Part shown: piece after piece, positions 17,140 through 27,287 of the stretch
How positions within the stretch are numbered: the first letter of the stretch is position 1
How the letters are laid out: every line of letters begins with the position of its first letter
DNA from: Thermoproteota archaeon
GTDB taxonomy: Archaea > Asgardarchaeota > Jordiarchaeia > Jordiarchaeales > Freyrarchaeaceae
Assembly (NCBI GenBank): GCA_029258835.1
Contig: JAPDJY010000031.1
Span: forward strand, 40-64,039
Direction of reading: 5' to 3'
DNA length: 64,000 nucleotides
Position numbers and translations under genes: made by a program
Notes under the pieces: generated by a model
Database searches by the model: none
Told to the model about the DNA's origin: nothing
What the model saw: the letters and a program-made list of their open reading frames with translations, nothing else

Positions 17140-18609
17140 TTAGGGTCCATGACCTGGGTTCATTATCCCGTTGGGGTCGAGGAACCTTCTAAGCTCCTTT
17201 ATGAACTCAACGGAATCCTTGCTTGCCTTAGCTAGGTTCCGCTCCCACGCCCACGGGGGTGCCTTATACCTTACCGGGCTTTCGAGGCGTCTGACTGCCT
17301 CGTCGATCTCCATAAGGCACCTGCGCGTCTTCTCCACGTCTTCAGGGTCGTTTTTGTTAAACGCGATGTTAACCCTAGCAACCCAGTGGTGGCCGCCAAA
17401 GAGCGCCCTGCTATAGAATGACGCGTGCTTACCGTACTTTTTAGCTACCTCCCTGGCGATCTTGTAGTACTCTGCTATGTGCCTTGAGGAGATGTAGCAT
17501 CCAACCCATTCCCCTCCTCCCCCACGTTTAAAGTGCCAAGTGCAGTAGAAGTGTATTGGAGGGGACTGAAACGTCAGGAACTCTCCTCTGGCGTTTTCGG
17601 GGAAGAGGATCACTGCGTCCTCGAAGGGGACTGCTGTTGCACCGTGCCTTACGGCTATCTCGGTGAGCGCCTCCACCTTGGCCTCCATCTCCTTCTCTGT
17701 GTAAGCGGTTAGGGTGACCAGCCCGTTGAAGTCGGGTAAGCCCGCCTTTTCAGGCTCGAAAGGCATGTCATCCTTTTCCTCGTATCCCTGAGCCCCAGCG
17801 GTCCATATGTAGTTGAGGCAGCACATATCAACTATCCCCAGCCCTGCCCTTGCAAGCGCCTTGAACACGTTTACACCTCTCTCAACGGTGTCAGCTACTA
17901 TGACGAAGTCTCTCCTAGGGAGGTTTGGCCAGAGCTTTATGGATGCCTTCGTCACTATGCCTGTCGTGCCATCCCACCCCACGAAGAGCCCCGTGATGTC
18001 TGGTAGAGGAGCTCTCCCGTACCAGTAGGGTGAAACCATCCCGGTTCCAGTTCTAATGATCCTTCCTGTTGGGAGGACGACTTCCACCCCATTCAGAAAC
18101 TCTGATCCGGTTCCTCCAAGCATACTCAGGTTAAGCATGCCGTAGCACAGGTATGATGGGACGACTCCTGTTCCAGGAGGTGACCACGTTATTCCAGCTC
18201 TAAGGTCTGGGTGGTGGCGCTCCAAGTATCCTTCTAGGTCGCCCCACGTTATCCCTCCCTCGACGACGGCGTACATGTCGTCCTCGTTGACCTCCAGCAC
18301 ATTGTTCATCCTTCTTAAGTCAACCACTATTCCCCCTTGGAGGGGGTTACATATCCCGCCTATGTTTATCCCTGAAACCCAAGGTACGACCGGGAGGCGC
18401 CTCCTGTTGGCGAGGAGCACTATATCCCGGACTTCCTCGACGGTCCTTGGCATGACCACGAAGTCGCATCGCCCCGGCTCCTCAGCCGTCACGAAGTCCA
18501 TGTGGTACAGGAAGCACTCCTCGACGCGTGAAGACACGTACTCTGAGCCAACTATTTCAGCAAGCTCGCTATGGATCCTTCTAACCTCAGATTCCTCTAA
18601 GAGAACCAT
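17140..18609 (-). CDS. FAD-binding oxidase (GlcD / D-lactate dehydrogenase family)
   Basis: The 489 aa have FAD_binding_4-like N-terminal half ('LPVVPWVSGINIGG'). The gene lies directly upstream of the Fe-S/CCG gene (13-nt spacer). Confidence 0.75.
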   Translation of the reverse strand: MVLLEESEVRRIHSELAEIVGSEYVSSRVEECFLYHMDFVTAEEPGRCDFVVMPRTVEEVRDIVLLANRRRLPVVPWVSGINIGGICNPLQGGIVVDLRRMNNVLEVNEDDMYAVVEGGITWGDLEGYLERHHPDLRAGITWSPPGTGVVPSYLCYGMLNLSMLGGTGSEFLNGVEVVLPTGRIIRTGTGMVSPYWYGRAPLPDITGLFVGWDGTTGIVTKASIKLWPNLPRRDFVIVADTVERGVNVFKALARAGLGIVDMCCLNYIWTAGAQGYEEKDDMPFEPEKAGLPDFNGLVTLTAYTEKEMEAKVEALTEIAVRHGATAVPFEDAVILFPENARGEFLTFQSPPIHFYCTWHFKRGGGGEWVGCYISSRHIAEYYKIAREVAKKYGKHASFYSRALFGGHHWVARVNIAFNKNDPEDVEKTRRCLMEIDEAVRRLESPVRYKAPPWAWERNLAKASKDSVEFIKELRRFLDPNGIMNPGHGP

Positions 18610-18709
18610 ACATTAGCCCTCCTGAGGAAAGTAATATTTTTAAAGAGTTTTTGTATCCATATATTTTATATTTGTGATTTAATAAATTTTACATCAATGA
18701 CTCCATCTA

Positions 18710-19936
18710 ATGGTGTTGGTGGAGGGAAACATGATAGACAAGTTTCTCAATCAGCTTCTTATGGTTCTCATAATTAACGGTGGCTTCCTCACGGGCGAGC
18801 TCATACTAGGGATAGTTGGCGTGGTAATCATAGCCTACTTCTGGAGGAAGGGTGATAGGAATCCTCTTTGGATATTCATTTATGGCTATAGTGTTTGGGC
18901 GGTAGCTGAGGTTGGCATGGCTGCTATGGGGTTCCGCTGGATAACAATTCCCATACAGCTGCTTGGAGGAATTACCGTTTCATACCCGATCCCTTCGTTG
19001 ATACTGGCCATCAGGGAGGGTGGTGTCCCGACGGTTCTCTCCTACCTGTTTGCTAAATACGCTGTCGCAGGGAAATACAGGAAGGCGGCGCTGCCACTCT
19101 TAACCATAGCAGCCCTAATGTTTCAGGAGCAGGCGCTGAAGATCATGGCGGCTAATGGCATACCATTTTTCATGCAAATACTAGGGATACCCCCACTAGG
19201 ACACGTGTTATCATGGGTTGTTTGGAACCATGCCGTCAGTATAAGGTGGCTTTTCAGCCCGGGAAGCGTTGGAGCGGTTACGTCGATGACCATCATAGGA
19301 TTTCTGGTTCTTGCCAAGCTCAACGGGCAAAGCCCGAAATACTGGAAGTTCGCCGCATTCCATTACACGGCGTTCGCATTTTACATAACGCTTTTCTGCA
19401 TGCAGCAGCCGTGGGCCTATGGACGCTTAGTAGCTATCCCAGTCATAGGGGCAGGTGCTTGGACTTCGCCGATATCGCTTCTGCTCACGTACATGTGGAT
19501 AGTGAAGGGGCTACCCTGGATCCCCTGGCTGTCTTGGATGGGGGTGAAGGCTCCGGTGGAGTTCTGGCTTCTCCCGGCGAACTTTGAGGGTTCGATGATA
19601 TCCCACCTCTATGACATACTGAACGAGGCGGCAAGCTCGCGTTTAGCACTGCTGACCGTCCCGTTCTTCCTGAAGATCGTTGAAATGCCGGAGGAAGCGA
19701 GGGAAGTTGAGGTGGCGGCGTCGCAGAAGTGGATGTCAGCAGCATACTTAGCCATACTTGTAGTGCCTGTTCTCTTAACGGCAATATGGCTTTCATCACT
19801 CTCAGACGGGTTCTTAGCAGGATTTGCGGCAGGGTTATTCTATGGCGCGGTGTTACTAGCTGTTGGAGCGGTGGTACTGACCGTGATTTACGTTGCCTGG
19901 AGGGCTGCTAAAGGGCAAGAGCTAAAATGGTGGTGA
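18710..19936 (+). CDS. Polytopic membrane protein, unknown function
   Basis: At least 10 hydrophobic segments. An AT-rich TATA-like tract lies about 40 nt upstream. Alternative ATG at 18731 follows 'ggaggg'. Confidence 0.6.
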   Translation: MVLVEGNMIDKFLNQLLMVLIINGGFLTGELILGIVGVVIIAYFWRKGDRNPLWIFIYGYSVWAVAEVGMAAMGFRWITIPIQLLGGITVSYPIPSLILAIREGGVPTVLSYLFAKYAVAGKYRKAALPLLTIAALMFQEQALKIMAANGIPFFMQILGIPPLGHVLSWVVWNHAVSIRWLFSPGSVGAVTSMTIIGFLVLAKLNGQSPKYWKFAAFHYTAFAFYITLFCMQQPWAYGRLVAIPVIGAGAWTSPISLLLTYMWIVKGLPWIPWLSWMGVKAPVEFWLLPANFEGSMISHLYDILNEAASSRLALLTVPFFLKIVEMPEEAREVEVAASQKWMSAAYLAILVVPVLLTAIWLSSLSDGFLAGFAAGLFYGAVLLAVGAVVLTVIYVAWRAAKGQELKWW

Positions 19937-20244
19937 AAAACACAACCCCTCCTTTTTTTATAGTGAACCATGAAGTGCTTCTTAAACTGGTAACTGGTAA
20001 ATGCGGGTTCATAAAGGGTTTAACGTTGCAGAGTGCATGGGAAAACGAACATGATGTGGGTGTTGCTTGGAAAAGTTACCATCACGCCTTCGCTGGAATG
20101 AGGGTTTTAGAGATAATGTTTATTATTCACTTTTACCTTTAGGTGAATTCTTAGAAGTTAACGAAGGAAAGTTGTCACGGAGATGCACCCTGTTCTGTAA
20201 GGGGATTGCTGCTTTGAAGGAGGGTCTCTGGGGGAGGGTGGTGA

Positions 20245-21050
20245 GCTGATTGGAGGAAGTTTTTACAAGTCCTCTCCTCCATTGAGAACGAGTACGTTAG
20301 AGGGTGGAAGAATAAGGGAGGAAAGGTTATTGGTTATGCTTACGTTGCGACCCCGAGGAAGATCATTGAGGCGGCAGGCATACTCCCATACAGGATTAGG
20401 GGCTTAGGCGAGAGGGAGGCGGCGAGGGCTGACGCGTACCTTTCAAGGTTTAACTGTGCATTTTGTAGATCCTGCTTAGATTTGGCGTTAAGGGGGGAGT
20501 GTGACTTCCTTGATGGCGTAATGGAGACGAATGAATGCGACCACATGAGGGGCATTGTTTGAAAAAATTGGAACTATGTTAAGAAGCCGAAGTTTTCCAT
20601 TACCTTAAAGGTTCCACACGTGGTCAATAAGAGCTCTATCAAGTACTTCAAGGAAGAAGTGGAGGGCTTAAGGATGGTGTAGAAGCCTTCTTCGGGGTTG
20701 AGGTGACCGATGAGAGAATAACCGAGGCTGTGAAGGTTAAGGAGGAGATAAAAAGCTGGATTAAGGGAGGCTTTATGGGCTAAGGGAAAAGGGATGAGCC
20801 GGCACTTACTGGAAGTGAAGCCCTCAGCATAATGATAGCTGAGGGGTCCATGCACAGCAACGACTTCAAGAAGATCCTGTTTGACGTCCTTAGTGCGCGG
20901 CTAGGGATTAGCTAGGAGCTAGCTTAAAGATTACCCTTAGAGGAAGACACAGGTTAAGTGTATTGCCCGTTGGAAAGGGGTTGTTACGAAGTCGGTTAAA
21001 AGCAGGTTGCATTGTTAAGAGGAGGGGGGTTAGAAGGTGAGCTGCGGACT
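20245..21050 (+). pseudogene. Decayed 2-hydroxyacyl-CoA dehydratase / benzoyl-CoA reductase BcrC-BadD-HgdB-family gene
   Basis: Reading across frames gives 'GGKVIGYAYVATPRKIIEAAGILPYRIRG', 'NECDHMRGIV*', 'EAFFGVEVTDERITEAV' and 'DEPALTGSEALSIMIAEGS'. Lesions are in-frame TGA 20560-62, a frame change near 20660-70 and in-frame TAA 20781-83. Frame changes again after 20915. Confidence 0.6.
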
Positions 21051-21136
21051 TTATGTTTACGCGGCAGAATTTGCTTTTAAAAGCTAAGATTATAGGAGGA
21101 AGCACCTTAAAGATTTGAAACGTTTCATCGAGCTTT

Positions 21137-21769
21137 TTATGTTGGATGGCTGGTTCGGCTTAGGTCAAGGATTAAGCATGGGATTATGCTCGTTTGCGTG
21201 GGGTCGCGTATATCCTTTTTAATCAGGAGGGGGTCGATGTAGGCGATTAACGTTTTCCCCGTGGTGTCCGATTTAACTCTCCAGAACCTTTTGAGGTCTT
21301 CCTCGGCAAGCCTTCTCCTCCCCTCCATGTCAGACCGTTCCGCTAGCTCTACGGACTTCAAGTAGAAGTCCGTGATCGAGTAGTTCACCAGCCTTAGGTT
21401 GAACTTCAGCTCCTTGTCTCCAAGCTCCTCCAGCGTTTTAAGGCTGACAACTACGGCGTCGTCGAAGTCCCTAAGGCTTTCCTCTTTCAGAACTATTAAT
21501 GGGCAGACGAACCTTGATGCTTGAAGAAGCGAGTCTAAAACAGGGTTCCCATCAACCTTTGGTAAGATTACTATTTTCCTCCAGCCCAGCTTAACCCCTA
21601 AAGCCTCGGAGACCCCAAGCTCCCTGTACCTGAACCTCCTCTTAAGCCAGTTAAGCTCGGCTTCCGGAGAGACATCCTTTGAAAAGTAAATCACACCCCT
21701 AAGATTCTTCACAAGATATAGATGCAGAGGTTCCGGGATGGCATTCATGACAAGCCACCTCAGACGCAT
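21137..21769 (-). CDS. Hypothetical protein
   Basis: 210-aa ORF with protein-like composition. I recognise no motif. Alternative start at 21748. Confidence 0.45.
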   Translation of the reverse strand: MRLRWLVMNAIPEPLHLYLVKNLRGVIYFSKDVSPEAELNWLKRRFRYRELGVSEALGVKLGWRKIVILPKVDGNPVLDSLLQASRFVCPLIVLKEESLRDFDDAVVVSLKTLEELGDKELKFNLRLVNYSITDFYLKSVELAERSDMEGRRRLAEEDLKRFWRVKSDTTGKTLIAYIDPLLIKKDIRDPTQTSIIPCLILDLSRTSHPT

Positions 21770-21941
21770 TGCATCTCGATTCTACGTTCTTAAAAGTTTA
21801 CGGGGGATTGGCTGCTGTAGAGATGTAAGACGCTTCTCTCCCTATTGCCCGCCTGTCGCTGCAGAGGATGAACAAACGGCACTTCCAGTTTTACTTGGAT
21901 ATGAGGGTGGGTGTCGGCCCGCTAGCGCATAGACGGGGAGC

Positions 21942-22889
21942 TCATATCATTTTCTGGAGGCGTGATATGTACCATTTAGGCGTCACCGTTCCGAGGTACA
22001 TGAGTATCAGTGCCAGTAAGATGAAGCCAAACCCTATGAACATTAGCACAGAGTAGGGTCCTCCTATCACGGCGTCGAGGGTGTAACACACGAAAAATCC
22101 GAGGGCCATCATAAATCCGTAACTTACCGTTTTAAGCCTAGCGGCTTTAAGTGGCTCCGCTTCTCTCCTTATTCTATAGCGTAAGAACACGAGTATTTGT
22201 ACTATTGCAATGAAGTTAACTACAAGGAGTAAACCGTTCGAGAGGGGCCTTAAGTCAGGGTATATGCCGACGCCCAAGTTGAAAAACGGGTCTAGGGTTC
22301 CGAGCAGGTACGGCTTTAGCTGCATGTCTAGGAGGCTGAGTCTTGGAGCATAACACCCAAACCAGTTTTGCGGGGATGCCAGTAGGGTTAGAAGCGCAGC
22401 CAACGGTACGAGTACGGATGCTTCCCTTTTTGCGCTCGGCTCCTCCTGCTCAGACATTAAATGGCTGAATTTGAGCATGAAGTATGGTGCGATGCCCGAG
22501 AACATCATGGCTACTGGTAGGCAGCACGGGTAAATGAAGCCATACCGAGTCGTTGGGTTAAATGATACGCCAAAAACCACAAAGAAGCTTAATCCCGTGG
22601 TCATCGTTGTGACGCTCAGCGTGTAAAAGGCGAAGGCCAAGGTGAAGTAGTCCATTACACGTCTCCCAACTCCTATCAGGGGCCTTGACGCCCTATAGGC
22701 AAGCAAAGTCAGGGTCGCCGCGGCTACGGTCATTGCACCATAAGCAAAAAGCGAAGCCCATACCCTAGTGTTCACAAAGTATGGAACGCCTCCAAGACTC
22801 GCCTGTGCCGGAATAGTGTAGGCAGCATACACAGCCATGAAAACAAGGGAGAGTATGGTGAAAAACGCAAGGTAGCTCTTCACTTCCAT
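21942..22889 (-). CDS. Polytopic membrane protein, unknown function
   Basis: 315 aa with about 9 hydrophobic helices. Confidence 0.6.
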   Translation of the reverse strand: MEVKSYLAFFTILSLVFMAVYAAYTIPAQASLGGVPYFVNTRVWASLFAYGAMTVAAATLTLLAYRASRPLIGVGRRVMDYFTLAFAFYTLSVTTMTTGLSFFVVFGVSFNPTTRYGFIYPCCLPVAMMFSGIAPYFMLKFSHLMSEQEEPSAKREASVLVPLAALLTLLASPQNWFGCYAPRLSLLDMQLKPYLLGTLDPFFNLGVGIYPDLRPLSNGLLLVVNFIAIVQILVFLRYRIRREAEPLKAARLKTVSYGFMMALGFFVCYTLDAVIGGPYSVLMFIGFGFILLALILMYLGTVTPKWYISRLQKMI

Positions 22890-23016
22890 AATTCTCCACC
22901 TACAACGAAACTTAAATTAGATGATCTAAAATTAAAAAATTTTCTTTTTTATTTTTAATACCACGTTGGTATTTTCTTCGGTTTTCAATGGTTAGGCTTA
23001 GTCGCTCTAACATAAG

Positions 23017-24924
23017 TTATATGAATATGTCATAGGGGGTGGGGGTTTCTTTTGGCACCTCATTTATTTCCGTACATTTTATGGTGAGTGATGTGAAAAA
23101 GTCGTTGATGCTGGATGTTTCTTCTGCTATCTTCCTTGCCCTTTCTTTTGCGTTTTCCGTCCCGCAGAGGGTGTAGAATTTTATGGCGTTTAATGCTGCT
23201 AGCGTGGACACTATTGGTATGTACCTAGATGTTCTATATGTTTCCTCTAGGTTTACGGCCACCTCTTCAAGCAGTTTTCTCCTCACAGAGTCTATGGTGA
23301 TGAAGTTAGCTAGGTATCCTAGGGCTTCGAGCACATCCACTCTGACGTGGAGGTAATGGTGAAGGGAGCTTTTCCCTATGCGTTCCAGCTCTGGGGTGAC
23401 TATCTGCTTAACGTAGTAAGGCAGGTCGGGGATCGATTTCCCCGTGAAAAATGATAGACGCGAATATGCTGCTAGCATGCCCATCATCGACATGACATAC
23501 ATGTCTACTGATATCCTGTTCTCCTTTGCTGCGTTTAAGAGCCACTTCACTACGTCGACGACCTTCTTCCCGTATGTTGGGACGAGTTTTCTCGCTTCCT
23601 CCACTGGGATGGCGAGTAAAAGCAAGCTGGTTAAGGCGTTGTATGTAAACCAATAGTTTGCAGCCAGTATGTCGTTGGGAACACGCTTGGATAGCTTCTT
23701 CAGAGAGCCATACCACTTCTCCACATATGCAAGGTTCTCATTAAGGATTTTACGGCCTGACTCGAGATCCATATCTTTTTCCATGAGGTTGTTCAGCAAG
23801 ACAAACTGTAATGCTATAAGGTAGTTGTATGCGACTTCCGCGAGGTTGGACGGCACATTGCTCAACTCATATTTTATGTTACCGATAGCAACATTCCACT
23901 CGGCAAACCCCTCCGATCTCAGAATAGATGCCTTCATGAAGGAAGGAGAGGTCTTTAGGACGCGTTTAAAATATGGGTATTGGTCCCCCATGAGTAGCTC
24001 AGCCAGCTCTAGAAGCTCGGCTTTCCCTGTCGGCATGGTTAAAGCCATGTAAATGGTTCCATGGTTTCCGTGTTCTTTAAATTTCTCGCTGATTCTGAAA
24101 AGGTTATCCTCGACCACGCCCTCCTTCTCATAATATGTTCCAGGCTCCAGAAACCTTCTTAGCTCAGCCATTAGGAGCTCCTTCGCCAACCCATCCTCCA
24201 CACCAAGTATTACCGAGTACACCTGGCTTAGGGGTGGAGCCTTTACTTCAGGCGAAAAGGAGTTAAGCTTCAACGCTGCCTTCGCATAGAGAATTCTTGC
24301 ATGGTCAGACTCGAAGAGTGCAGGGGCATCCTTAACGACCCGCTCGAAATTCCCTTCTAAAAAGGACTCGATAAGCCCTTCGACGCGCACCTTTCCCGTG
24401 GACGGCTTCACGCTAACTGGTGCAGACTCCAGCTCTCCAGGAAGAAACAGTATTTTCCCCAGCCCTATATTCCTCCCTTTCCCAACGCTGTTAACGAACG
24501 CAATTATCATTTCAGCTATCCTGATAAGGTTAGAAACCGATGGTAAATACTCAACGATAACTTTCCTAATAATCCCGTTTATAACCCTCTTTGCCTCGAA
24601 GTCGTATACGAGCTTCGAGGAATCATCAACTGTTCTTAACACTTCATTAAGCACCATGTCAGCAAGCTGACGCAACCTTGAATCCTCACGGTCAGATATA
24701 AGCACAAGAATTAGGTCGCTGGAATAGGCGAAATATAAATGATATTTTTCGGTTCTTACATACTTAACTTTCGTCTTCGTGACTTCTGCAACTACGCTGT
24801 TAATGGCGGTCATCGCCCCGGCAAACAACACCTCCTGGTTCCCCAACACGTCCACAATGCTACTTGTAACTAGAGGGGTCCCGCCACTGTCAAGCAGCAT
24901 ATACCCAACGAACATTGTTACCAT
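23017..24924 (-). CDS. Roadblock/LC7(longin)-like N-terminal domain fused to a ~530-aa all-helical domain
   Basis: N-terminus 'GYMLLDSGGTPLVTSS...LFAGAMTAINSVVAEV...YHLYFAYSSDLILVLISDRE' follows the Roadblock/MglB pattern. The remainder is helical, low in Gly/Pro and TPR-like. The domain call is tentative. Confidence 0.55.
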   Translation of the reverse strand: MVTMFVGYMLLDSGGTPLVTSSIVDVLGNQEVLFAGAMTAINSVVAEVTKTKVKYVRTEKYHLYFAYSSDLILVLISDREDSRLRQLADMVLNEVLRTVDDSSKLVYDFEAKRVINGIIRKVIVEYLPSVSNLIRIAEMIIAFVNSVGKGRNIGLGKILFLPGELESAPVSVKPSTGKVRVEGLIESFLEGNFERVVKDAPALFESDHARILYAKAALKLNSFSPEVKAPPLSQVYSVILGVEDGLAKELLMAELRRFLEPGTYYEKEGVVEDNLFRISEKFKEHGNHGTIYMALTMPTGKAELLELAELLMGDQYPYFKRVLKTSPSFMKASILRSEGFAEWNVAIGNIKYELSNVPSNLAEVAYNYLIALQFVLLNNLMEKDMDLESGRKILNENLAYVEKWYGSLKKLSKRVPNDILAANYWFTYNALTSLLLLAIPVEEARKLVPTYGKKVVDVVKWLLNAAKENRISVDMYVMSMMGMLAAYSRLSFFTGKSIPDLPYYVKQIVTPELERIGKSSLHHYLHVRVDVLEALGYLANFITIDSVRRKLLEEVAVNLEETYRTSRYIPIVSTLAALNAIKFYTLCGTENAKERARKIAEETSSINDFFTSLTIKCTEINEVPKETPTPYDIFI

Positions 24925-25415
24925 ACCAACTACCCGTAATTAACCTATAAAGAGAAAGAAGAAGAATATATAAATTACGAGTTTTGCCTTGCTGCACGAA
25001 GCAATACAATTTTCCCATCATCCCTTGAAGGTCATTACGGAGAGGAACAGTCTTCAGATGTACTTCTCCCACTTTCTACTAACTTTCAAATAGCAGCCAA
25101 AAACTGGAAGGAACCTCGTAGAGGAGGACTGCCTAAACGATGCAGGTTCATGCTGAAACAGAAGGAGAAAGTATTTGGCTTAGAGGAGGAGTTGAACCAT
25201 GAAAAATTAGCTCTCATATAAGCCAGATAGGGGCTGCTTGTAGCAGGAGCTTACTGAGATCCATGTTAGGAGGAACCTTACAGTTAATGACGATGTGAAG
25301 ATAGTGATTCACGCCTATTAATTTTCAATCTCTTCTTGTAGTCAAGTTCATTCCCCTTTGGCAAGGGAAAAAGAGGAGAAGAATGATTGATGAATGAATG
25401 TTGACTTACTGCTTT

Positions 25416-26843
25416 TCATATTTGTGATTCAGCATGGGTATCCTTCAGCAGGAAGGATGCCACGAAGACTATTACGCCTATGATCACGGTTGCTATTATG
25501 GCGGTGAGGAAGGCTCCGGGGAAGGCTAGGGGGGCTGTCGGGATCATGCTGAGCCACCATGCCTGGCTTATCATGGCTATGTAGCATTGCCAGTAGTAAA
25601 GCTGCGACATCAAGTATGGTATGGATGATGTTTCAAGCGACTCAACCACTAATGGGCCTACTGATCCGCCTAGGTTGCCGAAGGTGTATAGTCCTCCAAC
25701 CGCTAAGCCCGCCAGCTTCGGCCCTATCTCCCTTGTTTCCATTGCGATTTCGAAGGATATTGGAAGGCATGCTAGCAGGAAGAACCCTAGAAGGAAGGCG
25801 GCTACAGCCGTTACGAGCCCGCTTGTTGTTCCTATAAGGTATACGAGCGGTGGAACCGTTGCCACGGAGACTATTATAAACGGTTTCCTCCTATTTACTT
25901 TGTCGGAGAGTGATGGTAAGATGATGCATCCGATGATCCCGCCGAGGGTTATTAGTGCGCCAACGGTTCCACCCTGAATCTGCGACTGAGAGATGATGAA
26001 CGGTAGGAGCCATGGATATGCTTGAGCCAAGTATATTTCCAAGGCTTTTTCAAGCGCTGGAGCATTAGATGAAACTATCATTTCGATCCACGTTGTTAAC
26101 CCAAGGTACACCCAGAAGCCTCCAAAGAATAGTATTGAGAGAATTTGAAACTGTCTAACTCTTAGTATTTTGGAGAAGCCTTGCCTTACTGGGACTTCTT
26201 CCTCTTCAACTCTTGGTTCAGGTGGCTTCGGAGGCTTCTCCTCAGCGACAGCGAAGAATATTATGGCGACTATCACTGCGAACACACCGTAGGCGAGGCT
26301 TAGATCTCTCAGGCTTCCACGTGGGTCAAGGAGAGGGTTGCCGAACACGTTTACTAGGACTGGGGAGAGGAATAGGGGAACCATTAAGCCGAGGAAGCTT
26401 GAGAGAGTTCCTATTCCCTGAGCGGTTGCCCCCTCACTAAACGGGAACCACTGGGTTGTAAGCTTCGATATTGCATCGAATGTGAAGAGTCCTACTGTTG
26501 TTATTAGTATCTGGCTGATCAGGAGCGTTACTAGATCTGGCGCGAACGCCCTCAGCACCCCTATAACCGCGAGGGAGGCCGCAGTCACGCCGACAGGTTT
26601 CTTCCACCCCCACTTGTCGATTGCGGCTCCACATGGAAAGGAGAGTATGGTTGACACGATCGGGCCTTCAATGGTTAGGAGGGCGATCAGTCCTTGATCG
26701 GCGAATGGGCCGTAGGCGAACGCCACCGTTCTAGGGATCGTTGCAAACTCTATCCACAGGAGCTGGGCGGTGAAGAAGACCAAGCAGAAGGAGCCAAGGA
26801 CAGCCCAGCGGCGCCGATACACTTGATATTCTGCTTCGCCCAT
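25416..26843 (-). CDS. MFS transporter
   Basis: About 12 TM helices. The probable start is 'MGEAEYQVYRRRWAVLG' at 26843; the ORF is open to 26936. Confidence 0.75.
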   Translation of the reverse strand: MGEAEYQVYRRRWAVLGSFCLVFFTAQLLWIEFATIPRTVAFAYGPFADQGLIALLTIEGPIVSTILSFPCGAAIDKWGWKKPVGVTAASLAVIGVLRAFAPDLVTLLISQILITTVGLFTFDAISKLTTQWFPFSEGATAQGIGTLSSFLGLMVPLFLSPVLVNVFGNPLLDPRGSLRDLSLAYGVFAVIVAIIFFAVAEEKPPKPPEPRVEEEEVPVRQGFSKILRVRQFQILSILFFGGFWVYLGLTTWIEMIVSSNAPALEKALEIYLAQAYPWLLPFIISQSQIQGGTVGALITLGGIIGCIILPSLSDKVNRRKPFIIVSVATVPPLVYLIGTTSGLVTAVAAFLLGFFLLACLPISFEIAMETREIGPKLAGLAVGGLYTFGNLGGSVGPLVVESLETSSIPYLMSQLYYWQCYIAMISQAWWLSMIPTAPLAFPGAFLTAIIATVIIGVIVFVASFLLKDTHAESQI

Positions 26844-27287
26844 TTCACTCTCACCTCGAAACATTATTCTCCATGGAACAAACAGATTGGTAGAGTGACA
26901 CTCACTTTTAAGGTCTACTATTCTGATTGAAGACATAGAATGAAATAGATGGTTTTTGAAACTTAAATTAAATTAGTGTTTTAAATGTTTAATTAACGAT
27001 TTAAAAAAGAAAAAGGGTGAATAATGGTGAAAGTAAGGGGAACGTGACGGGATATGAGGGAAAGCATTAGGTTAACGTAGGGGCGTTTGCGAACATTTAC
27101 AGCTAAGATGCTTCATGCGATGGTCAAAGTGAATTTAGCGTAAAGGTGAGATTCTGTCTGATGAAAATTGGTATATGAGAGATGTTCTTGATTTCCGAGT
27201 TACTTTTTAAGATCAGGTGGCTTTTTAAGCTTGGATGGATCAGCATTAAATCAAGATTCAAAGCTTTCTTTGCTTTTGGTGAGGTTT

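Noticed and set aside
20560-20562. In-frame TGA in the dehydratase-like reading as a selenocysteine codon.
   Set aside because: The same gene also has a TAA, at least two frame changes and a missing C-terminal half. The position is not a conserved Cys in the family as I remember it. A nonsense mutation in a pseudogene is the simpler reading.
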